Shown piece by piece: positions 12,989 to 25,243 of a stretch of DNA of 64,000 bases. How positions within the stretch are numbered: the stretch's first letter is position 1; each line of letters opens with the position of its first letter. A model generated the notes under the pieces. That model made no database searches. It had not been told where the DNA came from and saw nothing but the letters and a program-made list of their open reading frames with translations. This DNA is from Pseudogymnoascus verrucosus (lineage: Eukaryota), in the NCBI GenBank assembly GCA_001662655.1, contig KV460227.1; one strand, 5' to 3'. The position numbers and the translations under genes were made by a program.

Positions 12989-13750
12989 TTACTTCCTTCC
13001 CTTTCCCTTCTTCTTCCCGCCCTTGTTATCGCCGGATCGTGCTCCCAACCTCGATCTCTGATATGCCAGGACGATATTCTGGACGCTTCCCATATCGTGC
13101 TTGGGCTTCCGCATGTATGTCAGACGTGCTCGTCTCGCTCTCTTCTCCCGTCTTTGCACCACTTCGATTCCCTCTACATTTGGCGAGTAGATCTTATACC
13201 ACATCTCCACGCCAACTCTCGTAAGCTCGTTGCGGAGGAGAATGCCAGTGTCGACGCCTCGGCGGCGGATGTTGATGCAGACGCCTGCGAATGGATCGCC
13301 GTTCTTCTGGCGAACGAGAAGAATATCGCCGACCTTGGCTGCCTCGGGGCTGGTTTTGCTGAAGAGCTGTGTGCGTGCCCCAGTAGGGTCTAGGACGGAA
13401 ATTTGTTCTGCGTGAAGGTCGCCAATTGGGTTCTTAAAGTTGGCTGCCGGAGAAGGAGGAGGCGGGTATGCCTTTAGCTTTCTGTTGACTACAGAGTATT
13501 AGTCGGCTGCAGTGACCATTGTGGCCTCCAATTGATGGAGATATATGACTGTGAGTGAGATTTCACAGAAGGAAAGCTTACCATGGGGCATTCCTGCATC
13601 CACAGCTGCTGCCAGCGGAAGACCTCGGTTTAGGTCCGGTTTACGGTATGTTGTCAACGACCTGGCAATCATCTTCTGCCGCCGGGTTTGCCGCAGGAGC
13701 GTCTTCAGGCAGCTCAGCGGACGCATTGTCGGTGTAAATAGTGAGGCCAT
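12989..13750 (-). CDS. IMG1: Mitochondrial large-subunit ribosomal protein bL19m
   Basis: Arg-rich presequence (MASLFTPTMRPLSCLKTLLRQ), intron ~13581-13489, and L19 motifs GVEMWYKIYSP and KRARRARLTYMR.PKHD. Confidence 0.88.
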
Positions 13751-13967
13751 TGTGTTGGCTGGACAAGACGACTTGCCTTTGTCTGAGCTCACTGCGGTTA
13801 AGTTCGTCCACCCTTCAAAATGTTCGCGATGCGCTCGACTAATTTAGGCGATACTGCCGATATTTACTCACCGCCCGCCATATAAGTTTATGGCTCCAGA
13901 CCTTCAATTTCGGTTTAGTTCTGAAAGGTCAGGGATTGCACAATATTTACTTTGTCAACCAACGAAT

Positions 13968-15156
13968 ATGTCTGGAAACACGATTAGGAGAGCGCTCCCT
14001 CGGTTGGAGCGCACTTCGCAATACGCGGTTGGCCCAGCTTCGGGCCAGCGCCGAACTTTCACCAGCTCACTTCCGCATCAAAAGCATGGTAAGGCCTCAC
14101 AGCAGGCACACAAGAGTAGAGTAGCTTCTAATAAGACTCACAGGTTTCCCAACTTTCCAACCGACATCATCTCCCGAACTCGATAATATCATCTCTAAAT
14201 TCCGCAACACTATTTTCCTACCGGCGCATTTGTCGAAACAGCATCGTGATCTCGTCTATGCCTTCAAACATAAAAAAAGCCTAGAGACGATCCCAGTGAC
14301 GGTAGAAATAGGGGGAGAAGAAATACGTCTAAATCACATAAACAGGACAAAGGATGTACCAAACCAGCGCAAAGCGTTACGAGAGGCGCTAGGATTAATG
14401 AAGGAGAAGAAAGATTGGGACAGCTTCCCCCTTCTGCTTGAGGGCCTTCATTCCGCGGGTCGTGTGACAGACTATGTTGTCTTGGAGCTATTTGCAAGAA
14501 TGGCTTGCGTGGCTGGCCGCCAGGATGTCGTCCTAGAAAGCGCGCGGAGAGTATCCAAGACTGGGTTCCGGATCAACGGACGAGAAATTGCCAAGATAGT
14601 GGTGTGGTGGATTCAGTATTCTGCACTGGCAAATGGCTTCAGCCAGGCAGATACCAAGAAGGCACTTTCGATGGCCGAGCAGATCGCTATCCTCATGGAG
14701 GACAAGGCACACGCAGGTGGAAGAGTTGCTGACTCTGATGACCCAAGAACAAGCCCGGAGGTTATAGGCTTGCTCCTGGAGCTAAGTGCTCTCAACGCAA
14801 AGCATCAAGGGGGTAAAGACGAGAATGGCAGTGTCGAGAAGTACGCCAAGGGTCTTCTGGCTAGCCTACGAGACAAAGAGCTAGAAGGGATGCTTCGAAC
14901 CGGGAACATCGACCCGGCACGGATACAGGAGGTAGAGAGTAACTCTATGCTGCAAACTGTCGCGCCTATCCTCCTCGGTGTGAGGACAGCGATTTCGGTC
15001 CTTGGGGAAAGCTCCGACACTACCAGACAACTCCGCGATCTGGAAACCAAGCTATCTGCCCAAGTTGCGCAGGATGTTGAGACCTTGAAGTCAACTCCAG
15101 GCTCAGGGGAGCGATTGGGGCTTTGGGTGTACGAAAAGACTGCCGCGGCAGAGTAA
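13968..15156 (+). CDS. Hypothetical protein, probably mitochondrial
   Basis: Presequence-like exon 1 (MSGNTIRRALPRL..RRTFTSS), intron ~14089-14143, then a long helical exon (FPTFQPTSSPELD..IFLPAHLSKQHRDLVY). Confidence 0.75.
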
Positions 15157-15219
15157 GGTTGACGATTGCATGTCATAACATGGTAGTGTACTGTATATTA
15201 CAAACTTGTATATTTAGCC

Positions 15220-16407
15220 TTATGGAAGAACTATGTACTTTTCAAGATGCTTGGGTATAGCGCCCAAGAGCTTCTTCTCCTCAAGCCATTTCTTGGAAAA
15301 CAGGCGATCGGCGTATCGATATGCGCCGTCAGCCAATATTGTTACAACGGTGTGCCCCTTGCCGAGTTTCTCGGCTACCTCCTTTGCAGCGACGACATTC
15401 AAGCTTGAGCTTGCACCGAGATAGAGGCCCTCCTCATCGAGGCACCTGTAAACCATTTCAATGCTCTTCTCGTCGCTAATGTTCAGCGAGCCATCCAACG
15501 ACTCGATATCAGGGCTCAGGTTGTCTGTGACACGGCCCTGACCGATACCCTCAGTTATACTGGAGCCACTGCGTTCTTTGAGTTGCCCTCCGGACTCAAT
15601 ATACGAGTGTAGAACACTTCCCGGCGGGTCAGCCAAGAAAGACTTGACTTTGCCATTCGAGACAGCCTTTAGGTATGCGGTAGTTCCTGCTAAGGTACCC
15701 CCAGTTCCCGTAGAGCAAGTAAATGCGTCAATCTTCCCGCCAGTTTGAGCCCAGATCTCAGGTCCAGTGGTCTCGACGTGGGCGCGCCTGTTTGCGACAT
15801 TGTCGAATTGGTTCGTCCAAACGGCGTTTTCTAGGCGATCGGCGTGTCTCTTAGCTTGATGGTTGTAGTTCTCCGGGTTGTCGAATGCCACGGCGGGGAC
15901 TGGGTAGACCTCTGCTCCCAGAAGTCGGAGAAGATCTATCTTCCCTTGAGACTGGGTATTAGGCATGTAGATGACCAACTTATAGCCCTTCGACCGGCAC
16001 ACGTGTGCGAGACCAATGCCCGTGTTTCCGGCGGTTCCCTCGACCACTGTCCCGCCCGGCGCGAGCAATCCCCTCTCTTCGGCATCCTGGACTACGAAGA
16101 GTGCAGCTCGGTCCTTGACTGAGCCACCAGGGTTCATAAACTCGGCCTTTCCTAAAATTTCGCAACCGGTCTGCTCAGACAGCTTGTTGAGCCTGATCAG
16201 TGGCGTGTTTCCAATTGCTATAGATTGTCAGCTTAAACTGTGGCGTTTCCCCTTCAATTGTAAAATCTTACCTCCAACGAGACCTTTGACAACGCCTTGG
16301 GCCTTGGAAACTTGGATCCCATACTGGTTCTTGGCTTCCATCTGTGCAGCTGTCTGCGCCGCATGGCGAACAGACGTAGTGAACCGTCTTACTCCTAGCC
16401 TATACAT
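15220..16407 (-). CDS. cysB: Cysteine synthase (O-acetylserine thiol-lyase), CysB-like
   Basis: PLP lysine motif [25 protein letters not shown] and [10 protein letters not shown]. Presequence [12 protein letters not shown]; intron ~16272-16219. Confidence 0.95.
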
Positions 16408-16827
16408 GATTTCTCACGATCTTGACTGTTTTGCCAGTATTGCCGAAGTCGGAAAACTGTCAACAAGACGAGGATCGCACGGCAATCCCCGAGGTTGTTC
16501 CTGGTCTGGTGGGTGGAAGGCCGATTAGATTTCAAAGCACGCAATTGACAGGGGTTAGATCTTATCTAATCTACAACACTAACCGCTTCCGGTCAAATGT
16601 AAACAGCACCAACCCACCATCAACATATTCTCGTAGCAGCCGTGTAGAAGCTGTAATTACGAGGACTGACGCGTCGAACCCCCAACAATTTGAACTTGAT
16701 CCTCGCGAGACAAGTACAGCAACTGGCAACTTCGCCGAAACGACGCGAAATATATATATTGAAAACAACCCTCACTGGACCAAAACTTGGTGCAACGCCA
16801 AACAGAGAACACCACATACCTGCCACA

Positions 16828-19800
16828 ATGCCCGCCAGAGTAGCGCCAACCAGGTCCGCGAGGACGTCAACAGCAGTGTCTCACAAATCGTCGGCGCAAA
16901 CCCTCAATTCGACACGGGCATCAACAGCATCGCGTGTATCTGCGCCATATGTGGAGATACCAGAGGATGCCCCAGAGACAGCGTTGCGAACGCAGATATG
17001 CGCAATATTCCGCGATGCACAGAAATCAACCACAGGCCACCGCAAGCTGGTGATCAATTTACGAAAGATACAGGAGGCATGTTGCTATGAACCATCAAGC
17101 AAGCAGAAACAGACCGGCGCAGAAGATTTCGACGAGGATGAGTTCAACTATGAAGTCACCAGGTGTGTCGTAAGGGTGATGCCTGTGAAAAAGAGCGAGG
17201 CTGCAGGCGAAAGAGTTATTCGCTTTATTGGCCTATTTCTGCGCCATGCCAATGATAAGGACAATGAGCTTGTCCCTATGGAGGATGATGATATGGGGGC
17301 GTTAGTCGAGACGCCGAGCACTAGGCTGACAGCCCAAGTCATGAAGACAGTGCTCTCGCTTCTTACGGCAAAGGAAAAGTTTGTGAGATTTAGGGCTACC
17401 CAACTTATTTCCCACCTGGTCAACTCTCTTGATTCCATGGATGACGACCTTTTCCAACTGTTGCGCCATGGGCTCCTCAAAAGAATCCGTGATAAGGAGG
17501 CCATGGTCCGCGTCCAGGCTGTACTCGCTCTTGGCCGGTTAGCTGGAAATGAGGCTGAGGGAGAAATCAACTCAGATGATAGTGATGAGGAGTCCAGGGT
17601 AGGGTTGCTCGAGAAGCTGCTCGGTGTGTTACAAAACGACCCAAGCGCCGATGTCCGGCGGTCGCTGCTGGTTAATCTGCCAATTCTTCCTGCCACGCTT
17701 CCATACTTGCTAGAGCGGGCGCGAGATCAAGACCCGGCGACAAGGCGAGCTCTGTACTCGCGGCTCCTTCCAGCTCTTGGTGACTTCCGCCATCTTTCTC
17801 TTGCTATGCGTGAGAAGCTTCTGCGCTGGGGACTCCGAGACCGTGATGAAAACGTCCGGAAAGCTGCAGGCAAACTCTTCCGCGATAGATGGATTGAGGA
17901 TTGTGCGGGAATTCCAGAAGAAGCTGCAGCCGATGCCGAGGCACCACCTCCCAACTTTGAGGCTCTCCAAGAGCTGCTAGAGCGCATCGATGTCGTCAAC
18001 TCAGGAGTCGAGAATGGTGTCGCTCTTGAGGCCATGAAGGGTTTTTGGGAAGGCAGAGTGGATTATCGCGAGGCTGTTGTGTTTGATAACCTATTCTGGG
18101 ACACTCTGAGCGCTGAGTCCGTATTTATGGCACGAAGCTTTAATGACTATTGCCGGAACGAAGGCAGCAACAAGTTAGAGGCGTTAGTCGAAGAGAAGAT
18201 GCCCGAAGTGACCAAACTCGCATACTACCTCCAGCGCTATATCAATGTCCTTGTTGAGGCACTGAAGAGGGTTGCTCAGCAATCCCCAGAGGAGGATGAG
18301 GAGGAAGAAGACACCGTGGAACAGGAATTCATTGTTGAACAACTCCTCCACATTGCCCATACGCTTGACTACTCCGACGAAGTTGGACGGAGGAAAATGT
18401 TTGCTTTACTACGCCAGTCACTTTCTGTGCCAGATCTTCCAGAAGAAGCCACCAAGTTAATCGTTGAGACGCTTCGTGGCATTTGTGCTGGCGACGTGGC
18501 TGGAGAGCGAGAGTTTGTCAGTATCGTTCTTGAAGCTGTCGCTGACATTCACGATACTATTATGGACGAACCAGCTGAAGAAGATGTCGATGAGAGCTTT
18601 CATTCCGCAAGGTCAGAGGTCAGTGACACGGAAATCAATTCAAAGAAGTCAAAGCCAGAGATGAGTGAGGAAGAACTTCAGGATAAGTCCATTAAGGAGA
18701 TCATGGTAAACATGAAGTGCTTGCACATCGTTCAGTGCATGTTGCAAAATGTTGAAGGAAATCTTCAGCAGAATGTTGACCTCGTGGCAATGCTGAACAA
18801 TTTGGTTGTTCCGGCAGTGCGAAGCCATGAAGCTCCGGTTCGCGAACGTGGACTGTTGTGCCTTGGACTCTGTTCTTTGCTAGACAAGGTAATTCTACTC
18901 CTGTCCCTATAAGTCTGCAACTTTATCTAACGTAGGAAATTATAGTCATTGGCAGAGGAGAACCTGAACCTCTTCATGCACTTCTTCAGCAAGGGCCATG
19001 CAGCCCTGCAGATTACAGCCCTCCAGATTCTCACGGATATTCTTACACAACACGGGTCTCATCTTCTCGAATCCAACCCACCGCTCCTCAAGGTCTACCT
19101 CAAGGCACTAAAGAACGGCTCCAAGGGCCCAGAAGTCCAGGCTGCTACTACTGTGGCCGTCTGCAAATTACTTCTCGGTCGCGTCATCCAAGACTCAGAT
19201 GCTGCCAACGATCTTCTCAAGACCCTCATCGTCGCATATTTCGATCCCTCTACTCAAAGCAACCAAGGAGTTCGTCAGACACTCTCTTACTTCCTACCAG
19301 TGTACAGTTACAGCCGTAAAGAGAATCAAGACCGCATAAGGTCCGTTGCCGTGGATGCTCTCCATGTGTTATACAATATTCATGAATCTCTCGACGATGA
19401 AGATGAGGATATTGAGATGGTGAGCTTGAGCGTCATTGGCGCGCACCTTGTCGATTGGACCGACCCAAGGAAGTGTTACGTTCCCGGAAACTCAATGAGT
19501 CTCGCGGATGAGGGTGCGAAGAAGGCTGTTAACGGCGACGTGCACCTTGATCTCGCGAGTGATATTTTAGAACGCATGAATAATGCTACCAGTAAGTCTA
19601 CCCATAGTCATACTATCTTGGGTGTCTCTAACAATTACACAGAGGAAGAGAAGAAAATACTGGCACCTCTCCTCGGGAAAGTACACGTTTCCGCGGCATC
19701 ATCAGAAGACAAGATTCGCGCACTATATGATGAAGTTTGCATCGCCGTCGAGGATAAGCTCGTTCCTGATGCCACAGGACGAAACGCCTTGTTCAAAATC

Positions 19801-20193
19801 CATGTCAGCTTGGGTAAAATCGTGAATAACCTGGCCCAGAAGGAGGGTCCCAAGAGCAGCCCCCTAGGAGACAGGGGCAGCGCAACCCCTGAAACAGAAG
19901 TTGGGGAGGCGAATGAGGATGAGGATGCAGATGAGAGGACAGTAACGACGGTACAGCAGGATGATGCGGATGAGAGGACAGTTATGACGGTGGAGCAGGA
20001 TGATGTTGATAACGATGAACAAGACGAAGACACGATCGGGGCATTGGTCCAGGAGCAGTTGAACGAAGGGCGTGAGGAAAGTGAACTATCAATGCTGGGC
20101 GAGACGAGCGTATTGGCCACAAGGCCGAAGAGAAATCAGCGGCCCAGAGATTCATTGGTGGAAGAGCTCTTGAGTGATGAGGATGATATGTAA
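16828..20193 (+). CDS. YCG1: Condensin subunit G (CAP-G / Cnd3)
   Basis: HEAT-repeat protein with AKEKFVRFR, LQNDPSADVRR, LERARD, WGLRDRD, DYSDEVGRRKMF and LVDWTDPRK. Introns 18889-18946 and 19592-19642. Confidence 0.93.
19924..20004 (+). repeat. 39-bp tandem duplication in the YCG1 acidic tail
   Basis: Encodes DADERTVTTVQQD followed by DADERTVMTVEQD. Confidence 0.8.
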
Positions 20194-20859
20194 TAACGCA
20201 TGTGGGATACGGCGTTTTGACACGGTTTATGTAGTTTGAATGACTGGTATTCAGCATTCATAGGTGAATGATTAATGAGATTTACACGCGTATATCATGT
20301 TCAGCATTTTTCATTAGTCCATGAAACTCTGTTAATTGTAACTCCATAAATAAATTGACCTAAACATGCTCATTATCGTTCACTATGATTCCTTATTCTA
20401 GTGATAAATATTTTCAAGTGGGTTTAATAAAAATATGAGAATAAGAATATTATCATCGTATATACATTATACATACATTATATGGAGAATATTTGTCCGG
20501 CAGAAGAGAGAGGCAGTTAGTAACCCCGAAGATATGAAGATCCACATTTGCGCAAATTATCCAAAACCTGTTGTTTGCTCTCAGGAGCTGTGCGCAAGGA
20601 TTTGTTTTAAAAGTTCTGAAATATCAGATCTCACAATTCGTCATGGTGGAGCATTATTCCCCATCGTCATTACTCGCCAATGCACGCCCCGCGCACGAGA
20701 GTCAGTTTGCGGCAGCAGGGGTCTACCTTAATCCAGGTCAGATCACCAGTAAAAGTCCACCCGAAGATCTGCCCAGCGCGCACGTCCTCGCAACATCAAA
20801 ATTCTTACAAGCTATTCTCACAGCCCACCATCTTTCAATCATAAAACACATCTGCGAAA

Positions 20860-22061
20860 ATGGCCCAAGAAGCTGCTTTTACCTCTTCCGCCATGGCGAC
20901 TGCGCTCGAGAACTCGTCCGTTTCGTACGAGGAGTTGGCGGATATCGAGAAGGAGTTTGATGATGCGGAGACCGAGATAAGTAAGTTTGAATCGCATTCC
21001 TTGTCTGATATTTTAAGAGAATATTTTCAAGGATTACCTTCCCATTGCCCTGGCGCAAAGCGCATTCGATGCCTCTACAACTCCCAAACTCGAGAACTGA
21101 GCTTATCTAACAAATCATCATAGTTAGACAACAAGTTGCGCTCACCGCACCCCTCTATGTCAAGCGCGCCGAGCTCCTTTCCAAGATTGAGAACTTCTGG
21201 CCGTTAGTCCTCGAGCAGGCGCCCCCGGATATCGACCAGTTCATCCAGCCCTCGGACTCCGCGCTCCTCCTCTCCTCCCTCACCTCCCTCTCCGTCGACA
21301 ACTTCGAGATCACTAGCGCGGACAAGAACGGCGACCCCCGCTCCGTCGCCATCAAGTTCGAGTTCGCCGAGAACGAGTACTTTGAGAACAAGGTCCTGGA
21401 GAAGAAGTTCTGGTACCGCACCGCCGCGGATGGCTGGTCGGGACTCGTCAGCGAGCCCGTCAAGATCAACTGGAAGAAGGACAAGGATCTCACTGGAGGC
21501 CTGCTGGATCTGGTGATCAAGGCATGGGAGGTGGAGCAGTCTGGCAAGGGCGCCTCGTCGAAGAAGGGCGAGCCGAACGATGCGCAGAAGGCCCTGATGA
21601 AGAAGATTGAGGGCACCGGTATGGGCGGACTTTCGTTCTTCTCTTGGTTCGGATTCATTGGTCGCAGAGTGACCGAGGAGGTGTCGAAGGAGGCTATCAA
21701 GCGTGAGGCGGCTAGGCGCAAGGGCGAGAAGGTGGCTGAGGATGAGCCAATGACTGAGGAGCAGGAGGATCAGGAGGATCTGGAGATGAGCTTGGAGATC
21801 TTCCCCGATGGAGATGACTTGGCCATTGCCATTGCTGAGGATCTCTGGCCGGGAGCGATCAAGTACTTCAGTAAGTCTCCCATTCCAAGGAATCTTCTAT
21901 TTAAGAGATTATAGAGCTAACATTATCTAGCACAAGCACAGGAACAAGATGCCTTGTCTGACCTGGACTTCGAGTCTGGTGATGAGGACGACGAGGCTGG
22001 ATCGTTCCAGGGACTGTCTGATGATGATGAGGCACCTCCTCTCAAGAAGATGAGGAGCTAG
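20860..22061 (+). CDS. VPS75: NAP/SET family histone chaperone (Vps75-like)
   Basis: PLYVKR..L..IENFW, FEFAENEYFEN, SEPVKINWK, SFFSWF, EIFPDGDDLAI.IAEDLWP.A.KYF and an acidic tail. Introns ~20982-21123 and ~21872-21930. Confidence 0.88.
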
Positions 22062-22269
22062 ATGCAGTGACAGGCAGCAAAAGTGTTTATATTTGGCGTT
22101 ATATGTCTAGTAAGCTGGAATACCCGGCCCAGCTCAATGGATGAGGCTATTGGTTACTGTGACGACACTACTGTGGTATGACGGAGTTCATATATAAAAT
22201 AGAGCTATAGAAACTATACTTTATCTCTCTATTGTTATCGTCTCATTATTATTGATGCATTCTGCATTT

Positions 22270-24286
22270 CTATTTAGGAGAGTTTATGTCATCCTCTTCA
22301 TCGCCCCCACTATCCCCTGCACCTTCGGATTCGGACTCTGCCTCATCGTAATCAACTTCATCCTCATCTTCATCGTGTCCTCCTTCGTCATCATATTCTT
22401 CCTCTATCATCTCATCCTCATCGTAATCTTGCTCCGTTCCGTAGACGCTCGCATTCTGATCTTCCGTCATAGTCTCAACCGACTCTTCAGCAGCCGTACT
22501 ACCATCGCCAGTCACCGCTATATCCTCAGGCACAGCACTCAACCCTGGGATTTTCGCGCCGCCGGCCTTCCATCTCCTAGCCGCCATTCTGATTCTCTTC
22601 TTCCTCGCCCCGTTCACGCTCTCCCCCACCTTAATACCGACTTTCTTCAGATCAGGCATCGGGATGGAAACCTTGCCAGCCTTGGCTTTCTCCTCCACGA
22701 AGTCTGGGACTTTGAGGACGGTCTCGAAGGCTTCGTCTGGGACGTGCTTGCCCGCACGGATTGCAGATATCTTTGTCCGCATCACGGCCTTGATCTTCGC
22801 CCATGTCCCGTTGCAGTACCAGCCGTTGACTTCGAGATCGCAGGTTGAGCGTAATGTTGACGTCGATGCGAGGCGCTGAATCATCGGATCGGTAATATCG
22901 CAGACCTGCCAGATTTTGCCATCGAGCGACAGCTTCGTACCGTCGAAGATGTGGCTGTCGAGGGAGATATCTGTAACCTGCGCGCGCCGTGTATACTCCG
23001 ACCTGATATCCGTCCAAGGCTGCCCAGGCACCTTCTCAACCTCGTCGTAGATCTTAAAGAATAGCGTCTGGTAGAAGCGGTATTTGGGATCTGTGCGAGG
23101 ATCTACGCCGTACCGGATGATGGCGTCACGCCAGGGACCACCGCGGAATTGGTAGCCCACGTACTGCATCGCTGGCTTGAGGAGGTAGACACCTGGGGAG
23201 GCGCCGATGCGGTTCATGATCGCCCGGCGGGTCCATATTGGGCGCTCAGCGAGAGCAGCCTGAAGCTCTTCGATGACAGAGATGAGGAGGGGGTCGTCGG
23301 GCGGAGGGTTCGTTGGACCCGAAGGTGTGACTGGGATGTCGTGGGCAACGTAGAGGGTGGCAAGTCTCGCCGGGGTGGAATGGTTAATAAGTGTCTTCTT
23401 ACCAGTCTGATGGTCTGTAGTTACTCTGATTGTTGGATTTTGATGGTAGCCCCAGTTGAAAGGAAGGGGATGATCGGTCATTGTTGGAGGCGGGATAAGC
23501 TCTGTCATTTGCTTTGGGCCGCGACTAGGATCGAGCTTGTATTGTTTGATCTTATCCAGATCACCGGTCATAATAGTGTTACGGAATTTTGTCATATAGT
23601 TGCCATGCGTGGTGGAATAGTGGAAATCTGAGAGCCCCCTATACCGATGAGTCTGTTCGATAGAGCCTACAGGCTGGATGTGATAATATCCACGGCAATC
23701 TCTCAGTCTCTTCTGTAGATAGCTAGGATCATCAAGTCGTGAGTGTGACAGTAGCCCTGGTGGCTGATCGTCATGGGCTATTGGCTCAGGTTCTGGTTCC
23801 TGCATGTCTAGGTGGTACTCAAAAGGATCCTGGGAGCCCCGTTTGCGCTTGCGGCCTGTCCTCTTGGGGATGGTGACTTTCAGCAACACATTATTGGTAG
23901 GTGCATTTTGTGACAGATTGGGAGGACACGATGGGTCCTCTGGGCGCAAAAACAGTGGCAGGCAACCATCATAATCTTCGGCATCAAGTATCTGGCGATA
24001 TATGTCAGTAATCTGTTTATGGGTTTGTTGACAGAATATGAAATCAAGCTTCAGAACGCTATGGACTCTGAGAAGAGCAAAGCCCTGAAGTATGGACAGA
24101 CGGGATAACTGTTCATTGATCCAGTAAATGTGGTGATAGTAAGGCCTGGCTTACCTGGGCTAACGGCGCGCCTCTGCCAAAAGTCTTCATGGTACTGTCG
24201 ACATCGTTGATTGCCATCGGGTGCTCCACAGCAACAACCTTTCGGCGCGGCACGGTATAGACCGGTGAAGACCCAAAGGAAGCCAT
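22270..24286 (-). CDS. TFC1: RNA polymerase III transcription factor TFIIIC subunit (tau95 / GTF3C5)
   Basis: AVEHP, LFLRPEDP, YRGLSDF, ERPIWTRR, YQFRGGPWRD..IRYGVDPR, WQVCDITDP, GWYCNG and an acidic tail. One intron ~24153-23993. Confidence 0.9.
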
Positions 24287-25243
24287 AGCTCGCCCCTATT
24301 GGATCTGATTCTCTTTTGAAGGTGATTTACCAAAGGCTGGTAAAGGTCATGCTTTCGTCACGTGAACCTCCACAATTCGGTACCTGGAGCAAATAAAGCA
24401 GAGCAGCTATAAGTCGTACGATCGGTGAATGCAAATAGGGGAATAGCATTCATATCTGCACCATGCTAATATACAATCCAGATTGCATTATAAATTATTG
24501 TCGTGTCGTCCTGTGATAAATTGTAAGAAGCTATAAAGCGTGTCGTAATATAAAGCGTCGCCATATAAAGTTGATGCCAAGCGTTTGTGGTAAGCTCTGG
24601 CGCTTCTATTGTATGCGACCGTGCCATTGGCCAACCCCACCTGGGGTTAACATCACATCTGAAGTCCATCGGTGTAAACAGCCACCTGCCCTGCAACTCC
24701 AACAACTCTTCACTTTCCCCGCAGTCACAACTACGTTATCTGCAGGCTCTTGTCTTCAGAATAAAGACTCCTTGCCCAGAACTCCCTACACAAGCTCCCG
24801 ATGTCGGCATAGGAGCTTCATACAACGCTTGCTAGCACAAGATCTCGCAGCTGAACCGCGGCGGATTCAAGAGCTGAAAGGGGCCCAGTGAAAGGTGAGT
24901 CTTGCATAGCAATCAATTGATCTCGATTGCACTGCTTGACAACGACTCACCCCGAGCGGGCTGACAATAAACCAACAGGTTGGCCGTCGAGACTCTTACT
25001 TAAGCTGTCGCATAACTATACGAAATTAGGTTACCGGCCACAACCGATAACCCAGTCTCCTCGATCTATTCTGCCCTCAAATTGCTACTCAAAGAGCGTA
25101 CAAGCCCTCTAAACTCACTGAGAACCATTGGACCTGTGCCGAACATTTCAAGACATTAGAACCGAAAGAATTATTGACCCCACCAGGTCAGCGAAACCGA
25201 TCCAGAACTTGGACAGCGTATCATTTCCGGTATAACAGCCAGG

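Noticed and set aside
16690..16827. N-terminal extensions of YCG1 (and similarly QTRT2 and OXA1) in the ORF track
   Set aside because: YCG1 and OXA1 extensions start at TTG. The upstream QTRT2 ATG (48884) adds sequence with no family resemblance. ATGs at 16828, 49043 and 53450 fit better.
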